Assembly: GCA_048882385.1 (NCBI GenBank)
Contig: JBHLRQ010000018.1
Location: forward strand, 9,614 to 41,826
DNA: 32,213 nt
Direction: 5' to 3'
DNA from: Candidatus Thorarchaeota archaeon
GTDB lineage: Archaea > Asgardarchaeota > Thorarchaeia > Thorarchaeales > Thorarchaeaceae
In this document: positions 26,728 to 32,213 of the stretch, piece by piece
Position numbering within the stretch: position 1 is the first letter of the stretch
How the letters are laid out: each line of letters begins with the position of its first letter
The notes under the pieces: generated by a model
Seen by the model: the letters and a program-made list of their open reading frames with translations, nothing else
What the model was told of the DNA's origin: nothing
Databases searched by the model: none
Translations under genes and position numbers: made by a program

Positions 26728-28290
26728 TTACTTTTCGTCACCCTTCCTATAGGACTCAGCTAGTAAGTCAGGAATATACCGAACCTTCATCTCTGTGTCC
26801 TTCATCATATCGTTGATTTGGATTGTGCAGAAGGGGCATTCCGTGGTCACCATGTCAGCACCAGTAGCCTGAATGTACTCTTTCTTCGTATTGGCTATCT
26901 TTTGTGACAGTTCACGTTGACCAGCACGAACTCCACCGCCAGCACCACAGCAACGATTCTTGTAAGGATCATCGATGTACTCTACACCAGGGATCATCTT
27001 GAGCAACTCTATTGGTTCGTCGAAGACATGCTGCCCTCTCCCAAGGTGACATGGTTCATGGTAGGTGATTTTCATTTTGATCTCACCCTTTGGAGGTACT
27101 ATATTTTCCTTACCAATCACCTGAATCATATATTCAGCCATGTCATGGACCTTGTAGAGCGGGGGTTCGCCACGCTCTTCCTCAATGAATGGTCGATGGT
27201 CCTCGCGGAGTGTCTTACCACATCCAGCACATGCAACTACAACTGTGTCACAGTCGTACTTCTTGCACGCTTCCTCAAATATCTCAGTGACTCTTCGTGC
27301 TGCCGCATGGGCAGTATTAAGGTCGCCAGTCCTGAAAGCTGGACTTGCGCAACACCACTGTTCCTTCGGAACCACTACATCTACGTGATTACGGTTAAGG
27401 ACATCGATCAAAGCCTTTCCAGTGCTCTGCATCCGGTAGTCAATAAGGCAACCTGTGAAGAAGGCGACTCGACCACGGGGATTTTCCACAAAAAATGTGG
27501 CATCCTCGATCTGTTTGAGAAGAGGTGCTTCCTTGACAGGTACGGCTCTGCCGGTTTCATTGATTGAGTCGAGAAAGGCTTGTTGACCTTCAGCAAGTGG
27601 ATATCCAGCCTCTACAGCCTTTGCTCTGAGAAGTTCCACAGCTAAGGCAGGAATGTCAATCTTCTTTGGACAGATGTCAGTACACATCTTACAGGTTGTA
27701 CATGAATAGACTGACTCATTCATTGCCATTGCAACACGGTCTTCTACATCTCTTGGGTCAAGCTCCAAACGTGCAATTTGACGGATAATCATTGGACCTG
27801 GATAATCCCAAGTTTCGTGAACAATAGGGCAATTTGACAGACATGCACTACACTCGATGCATTTACGAATCTCACGTAGTTTTTCAATTTCTTCAGCATG
27901 AATGATTTCAGGATGCTGGGCTGGCTTATCACGTGCAACATATGGACGGATTCTTCTGATTCGAAATGATGTCTGTGCCATGTCTGTGACTAGATCCTTG
28001 ATGATAGGCATCTTCTCTAAAGGTTCCAGAAGCAGATTATCATCAGGGTCGACTTTTGTTCGACACGCAATCCGAGCTGTGTGATTGACTTTCACTGCGC
28101 AAGACCCACATTGGCCTCCTCTACATTCCCATCTGAATGCTAGGCTTGAATCAAATTTGTCCTGAATATAGAGTAAAGCATCTAGAACCGTCATACCGGG
28201 TTCGTATTCTACCTTAAAGTCCTGAAAATACGGTGCATCATCACTGTCAGGATTGTATCGCTGCACACTTGCTTTGATTGTCTTTGCCAT
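26728..28290 (-). CDS. tfrB: Thiol:fumarate reductase subunit B (2Fe-2S, 2x4Fe-4S, HdrD-like CCG domains)
   Basis: CRGGQCGSC, CIECSAC...CP, CTTCKMC...CP, FFTGC, WCCASP, YHEPCHLGR, RCCGAGGG and ECPFC. Confidence 0.9.
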   Translation of the reverse strand: MAKTIKASVQRYNPDSDDAPYFQDFKVEYEPGMTVLDALLYIQDKFDSSLAFRWECRGGQCGSCAVKVNHTARIACRTKVDPDDNLLLEPLEKMPIIKDLVTDMAQTSFRIRRIRPYVARDKPAQHPEIIHAEEIEKLREIRKCIECSACLSNCPIVHETWDYPGPMIIRQIARLELDPRDVEDRVAMAMNESVYSCTTCKMCTDICPKKIDIPALAVELLRAKAVEAGYPLAEGQQAFLDSINETGRAVPVKEAPLLKQIEDATFFVENPRGRVAFFTGCLIDYRMQSTGKALIDVLNRNHVDVVVPKEQWCCASPAFRTGDLNTAHAAARRVTEIFEEACKKYDCDTVVVACAGCGKTLREDHRPFIEEERGEPPLYKVHDMAEYMIQVIGKENIVPPKGEIKMKITYHEPCHLGRGQHVFDEPIELLKMIPGVEYIDDPYKNRCCGAGGGVRAGQRELSQKIANTKKEYIQATGADMVTTECPFCTIQINDMMKDTEMKVRYIPDLLAESYRKGDEK

Positions 28291-28302
28291 CTTATAGCCT
28301 CC

Positions 28303-29991
28303 TTATGGTGGCGTGATCTTAGTAATCACGAGGTCTTCCTTTCGCAGCTCCATCTCGCCGTCCTTTCCCTTGCGGATGATGATATTGTAATAGCCCTTAT
28401 CATTGGGGTCTGCATCTACTCGATAGTGAGCGCCTCTGCTTCCCTTTCTCATAACAGCAGCTTCAGCAACCATTCTGGCAGTTGTGACCATATGGGCAAA
28501 CTCTATTGCCTGATGCCAGCCCGGATTGAAACGCTTGACAGGGACATCAACCTTGATCTTGGGCACGACTTCCTTCTCTATTCTTTTGAGTTCCTTTACT
28601 GCGTGTTGCATTTCATCTTCCTTTCTGAAGATTTGCACTTTGGACCACATGAGCTCTGTCAGTTCTTCTCGAGCATCAGCAGGAGAAATTCCCTCCTTTC
28701 TTCTGAGCATTGCTTCAAGTCTTACAAACTCATTCTTGATTTCGTCTCGGTCTACACCCAAGTGGTTTATACTCTTGCCATACTTCGCAGCATTCTCACC
28801 CGAGAGCGCACCGTACACCTGAGTATCCGCAAGTGCATTTCCACCTAATCTATTACCTCCATGGACACCACCAGTACATTCACCAGCAGCAAAGAGTCCG
28901 GGAATGTTAGTACTAGAATTCTCGTCTATCTTAATGCCACCCATGAAGTGGTGTGCAGTCGGTGACACCTGCATTGGTTCATCTCGAATGTCGACTCCAG
29001 CATCTTCAAACTGCTCAATCATACTCTCCAGTCTGAATTCAATTATCGAACGTGGGAGGTGCGAAATGCTCAGATAGACACCGCCATCAGGTGAACCTCT
29101 TCCCTCAAGGACTTCGGTCATGATTGATCTTGCAACCTGGTCGCGACCAGCCAGCTCCATAACTTCTGGATAGTACTTATTCATGAAACGCTCACCTTTG
29201 TTGTTCAGAAGGATACCACCCTCGCCTCGAACGGCCTCTGTGACTAGGCGACCTTTAGCTGATTCGGGTTTGACCATTCCTGTGGGATGAAACTGAATCA
29301 TTTCCATGTCTATCATCTCACAACCGGCCTCGTAAGCCATGCCATACCCATCACCTACATCAAGCTGAGCGTTGCTGGTGACACTAAAGATTCTACCAGC
29401 CCCGCCTGTAGCCATGACAACAGACTTTGCCCGGAATACTAGATAATCACCGTACTTCAAGTCAACTGCACATACACCAGCGATTTTGCCATCTGTGACT
29501 AGAAGTCGTGTAGCAAACACCTCATCAAACACTCTTACAGAGGTACTACGAATAGCTTCTGTGAGAGTGACCATGATTTCAGAACCTGTTCTGTCAGATG
29601 CATAGGCGGTTCTGCGCCAGCTCTGTTTTCCAAACGTTCTCTGAGCTATTTTTCCCTCAGGTGTCCTATCGAAAACGGCGCCCATATCTTCAAGGTCAAA
29701 GATCCGTTGAGGTGCATCCCTCACAAGAATTTCTGCAAGATTCTGGTTGTTGAGATAGTTGCCACCCACGATAGTATCTTTGAAGTGAGTTTCTGGATTA
29801 TCATCTGGGTCAACATTGCCCAGGGATACATTATAACCACCCTCGGCCATGGCTGTGTGTGCCTTTCCGAGTAGTTCTTTGCTAAGCATGATGACGTCTA
29901 GGTTGTGTTTTGAGGCTTCAATTGCCGCACGACAGCCGGCACCACCGGCACCCACAACGAGCACGTCGCACATGATTGTCTTGTAGTCCAA
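28303..29991 (-). CDS. tfrA: Thiol:fumarate reductase flavoprotein subunit A
   Basis: GAGGAG, AHTAMAEGG, QFHPTG, TEAVRGEGG, HHFMGG, GVHGGNRLGGNAL and SRGAHYR; adjacent to tfrB with no membrane-anchor gene. Confidence 0.9.
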   Translation of the reverse strand: MDYKTIMCDVLVVGAGGAGCRAAIEASKHNLDVIMLSKELLGKAHTAMAEGGYNVSLGNVDPDDNPETHFKDTIVGGNYLNNQNLAEILVRDAPQRIFDLEDMGAVFDRTPEGKIAQRTFGKQSWRRTAYASDRTGSEIMVTLTEAIRSTSVRVFDEVFATRLLVTDGKIAGVCAVDLKYGDYLVFRAKSVVMATGGAGRIFSVTSNAQLDVGDGYGMAYEAGCEMIDMEMIQFHPTGMVKPESAKGRLVTEAVRGEGGILLNNKGERFMNKYYPEVMELAGRDQVARSIMTEVLEGRGSPDGGVYLSISHLPRSIIEFRLESMIEQFEDAGVDIRDEPMQVSPTAHHFMGGIKIDENSSTNIPGLFAAGECTGGVHGGNRLGGNALADTQVYGALSGENAAKYGKSINHLGVDRDEIKNEFVRLEAMLRRKEGISPADAREELTELMWSKVQIFRKEDEMQHAVKELKRIEKEVVPKIKVDVPVKRFNPGWHQAIEFAHMVTTARMVAEAAVMRKGSRGAHYRVDADPNDKGYYNIIIRKGKDGEMELRKEDLVITKITPP

Positions 29992-30109
29992 CTACAGTCC
30001 TCCAGTGGAGAGCATTCTCCTTGGCTAAGCCGTCGGGGCTGGTGCCTCTCTTTAAGAGTTACTGTTGAGCTACAAAGAACAAACACCGAGGTTTCTAATT
30101 CTGTGAAGA

Positions 30110-30529
30110 ATGTTTATGTTGTTACAAGAGAAATATGGTTCGGAGTTTCAAGTGGCATTCACAACAATGACAATAACTGTACTGGCTTGCTTTTTTTCGA
30201 TGATTATAGCAATTATCTCTGGTCATTATATCGGTCGAAATATGAATACAGGAATGGAATCTATTCTCGTATCTATCGTTGTCGTACCAATTCTAGCTGC
30301 TATTCTGTCAACTCCTATGTACAATCTTGTTACGCTTGATGATTGGCCAAATAACCCCTTTGTGTTACCTCCAATATTCGCGATTTGGATGGCTGCTGCC
30401 GTAGGTGTGTTTCTCGGTTTCAAATCTGGAACGATATGGAACCAGGGGGAGGCCAGCTGTATCTATTGTCTACTATCCTTCGTTTCATTGTTAGCAGGAG
30501 TTTCTCTTGTCGTAGTCCTCTTTCTATAG
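30110..30529 (+). CDS. Hypothetical four-TM membrane protein
   Basis: 139 aa hydrophobic ORF on the opposite strand between the fum and tfr genes. Confidence 0.6.
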   Translation: MFMLLQEKYGSEFQVAFTTMTITVLACFFSMIIAIISGHYIGRNMNTGMESILVSIVVVPILAAILSTPMYNLVTLDDWPNNPFVLPPIFAIWMAAAVGVFLGFKSGTIWNQGEASCIYCLLSFVSLLAGVSLVVVLFL

Positions 30530-30531
30530 AT

Positions 30532-31140
30532 TCATTCATTGATTCCTATTTTTGCATAGACATCAGCCTTTCGACTTTCAACGAGCTTGTCCATGTCGTC
30601 GTGCATACTGTTTCCATGGGAGTCCATCGTTACCAGTAATGGACCAAATTCCTCAGCTGTGATGACCCAAAGCGCTTCTGGCATTCCCAGATCATCCCAA
30701 AGGTACGCTCTAACTTCTTTCAAACCTTTGGCAGCTAGTGCTCCGCAACCCCCTGTGTAGCTACAGTACACTGAACCAACTTCTTTCAAAGCGCCAAGTG
30801 TTTTCTTTCCCATTCCGCCTTTGCCAACAATGATTCGAGCCTTGTATTTTCTAAGGAATTCATCCTCAAAGAGCTCCATTCTGATACTTGTCGTAGGTCC
30901 AGCGGATACAATCTTCCACTTACCATCTTTCTGCCATGCTACAGGGCCGACATGATAGATTACACTTCCTTCAAAGTCTACAGGGGGCTTTTCACCCTTC
31001 TCGAACAGATGAAGTGCTCGCTCATGCGCCTCGTCACGAGCGGTGTATACATGCTCACCTGTAACATAGACAACATCGCCAACCTTTAGCTTTCGAGCAT
31101 CCTCTTCAGAAATTGGAGTTGTCAAATGAAATTCTACCAT
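30532..31140 (-). CDS. Class I fumarate hydratase beta subunit (Fe-S type)
   Basis: LKVGDVVYVTG, TARDEAH, AGPTTSIRM, IVGKGGM, DLGMPEA and VTMDSHGNS. Confidence 0.92.
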   Translation of the reverse strand: MVEFHLTTPISEEDARKLKVGDVVYVTGEHVYTARDEAHERALHLFEKGEKPPVDFEGSVIYHVGPVAWQKDGKWKIVSAGPTTSIRMELFEDEFLRKYKARIIVGKGGMGKKTLGALKEVGSVYCSYTGGCGALAAKGLKEVRAYLWDDLGMPEALWVITAEEFGPLLVTMDSHGNSMHDDMDKLVESRKADVYAKIGINE

Positions 31141-31141
31141 C

Positions 31142-32029
31142 TTAGTTTCCCTCCATTGGATGCGTTAGATATGTTACCTTCAGGTCTTTTGTGATCACTG
31201 CTGTACTTCGTCTAGCCGCCCAGCACTGGACTGCAACACCAACAGGTAGACTTGCAGGATGACGCATCGCATAGTCGACTTTTACACCAAGTACAGTGGT
31301 CTTTCCTCCAAGACCCATTGGACCAATACCTGTTGAGTTGATTGCATCAAAGAGTTCCTCCTCAATCTTAGCAACTTCAGGTTCAGGATGTTTATCATCT
31401 AATGGTCGGAGAAGTTGTTGTTTTGCTATTTTGATAGCAATATCTGAGCCGCCTCCAATACCCACACCGATGATGTTAGGCGCGCAAGCCTTACCCATGT
31501 AGGAGAGTGCATTATCAACTACAAGCTTCTTGACACCAGTCAAACCAACACCAGGTTTGAGCATCCCGACGATGCTGACGTTCTCACTACCACCTCCCTT
31601 TGGAAACGCAGTGATTTCGACAGAATCACCATCTACAATCTCCCAGTTTATCCACGGAATCTTTACGCCAGTATTATCACCTGAATTTCCCCCCACAATT
31701 GGATTAACTGCATTAGGTCTGATTGGGATCTCTTTAGTGGCTTTTCTGCTGGCATTAGTGAGAGCTTCCTTGATTTCACCCATATAGGGGAATTTGGCTC
31801 CAACCTTAACGTAAAAAATCATGATTCCTGTGTCTTGACACATTGGAACACCAGCTTCAGCTATCTCTAGATTTGTTAAAATAGCAGAGAGCTGGGTCTT
31901 AGCAGTTTCATCTGTTTCATTCTTGTTTGCTTTCTCAAGAGCTGTCTTGATGTCCGAGGGTAACTCCGTGACAGCCTTCTTCAACAGACGAAATGTTGTA
32001 TCATGAATTACTTGATAGGGATCTTCCAT
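31142..32029 (-). CDS. Class I fumarate hydratase alpha subunit (Fe-S type)
   Basis: PMCQDTG, PKGGGSEN, GKACAP, GIGPMGLGG and QCWAARR. Start reassigned from 32131 to ATG 32029. Confidence 0.92.
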   Translation of the reverse strand: MEDPYQVIHDTTFRLLKKAVTELPSDIKTALEKANKNETDETAKTQLSAILTNLEIAEAGVPMCQDTGIMIFYVKVGAKFPYMGEIKEALTNASRKATKEIPIRPNAVNPIVGGNSGDNTGVKIPWINWEIVDGDSVEITAFPKGGGSENVSIVGMLKPGVGLTGVKKLVVDNALSYMGKACAPNIIGVGIGGGSDIAIKIAKQQLLRPLDDKHPEPEVAKIEEELFDAINSTGIGPMGLGGKTTVLGVKVDYAMRHPASLPVGVAVQCWAARRSTAVITKDLKVTYLTHPMEGN

Positions 32030-32213
32030 TTGATCAGCTTCTGAATCGTGGGTTAGTGTGGCACGAAGTTTGTCCCACACACAGGCCGCGAAAATCAAGG
32101 GGTGCTTAATCTGTGTTCCTATCAAGACCAAAGGCTATGACTATATACAGGTGCGTCTAGAGGAAGATGTGGAGTCTGGTTCGTGATGGGTTTCGATTTG
32201 ACAGTGATGTCCA

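Noticed and set aside
26917-27567. 216-aa antisense ORF in tfrB, and other shadow ORFs (e.g. 15234-15737, 8535-9038, 28426-28848)
   Set aside because: They lie wholly or largely antisense to well-supported genes and show no recognisable motifs.
29982-30060. Short hairpins over the tfrA start and a GGGGCTGGTG...TCTTTAAGAG segment reminiscent of an RNase P RNA 5' end
   Set aside because: The stems are only 5-6 bp, and the rest of an RNase P RNA is absent.
32167-32213. Possible start of a plus-strand CDS at the window edge (MWSLVRDGFRFDSDV)
   Set aside because: It is too short to support.
1-32213. CRISPR arrays, transposases, prophage or defence genes
   Set aside because: No regularly spaced repeats or recognisable mobile or defence proteins were seen by eye.

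Overview
A gene-dense archaeal chromosomal window, very likely from an Asgard archaeon and most consistent with Thorarchaeia. This assignment is inferred from rpl35ae, rps8e, deoxyhypusine synthase, four roadblock/LC7 genes, an MglA-like GTPase, a Sec23/Sec24-like protein and a PCI-like protein. Housekeeping and metabolic genes include a GT2 fragment, adenosine deaminase, a VOC protein, dys, a LipS1-like radical SAM protein, acdAB, uppS, an intact smc-scpA-scpB operon, hypE, hypA, thiol:fumarate reductase tfrAB and a two-subunit fumarase. The most interesting part is 9.5-16.4 kb. There a Sec23/24-like gene (Zn finger, vWA, beta-sandwich) is clustered with an MglA-type GTPase and four roadblock proteins, one with an MglB-like acidic C-terminal helix. 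On the same strand downstream lies an unusual protein that appears to consist of four tandem AAA+ lid-like modules with no ATPase core. Three intergenic regions are rich in stem-loops; the best ncRNA candidate is upstream of dys. No tRNA, rRNA, CRISPR array or mobile element was recognised. All calls come from reading motifs by eye, with no database searches.
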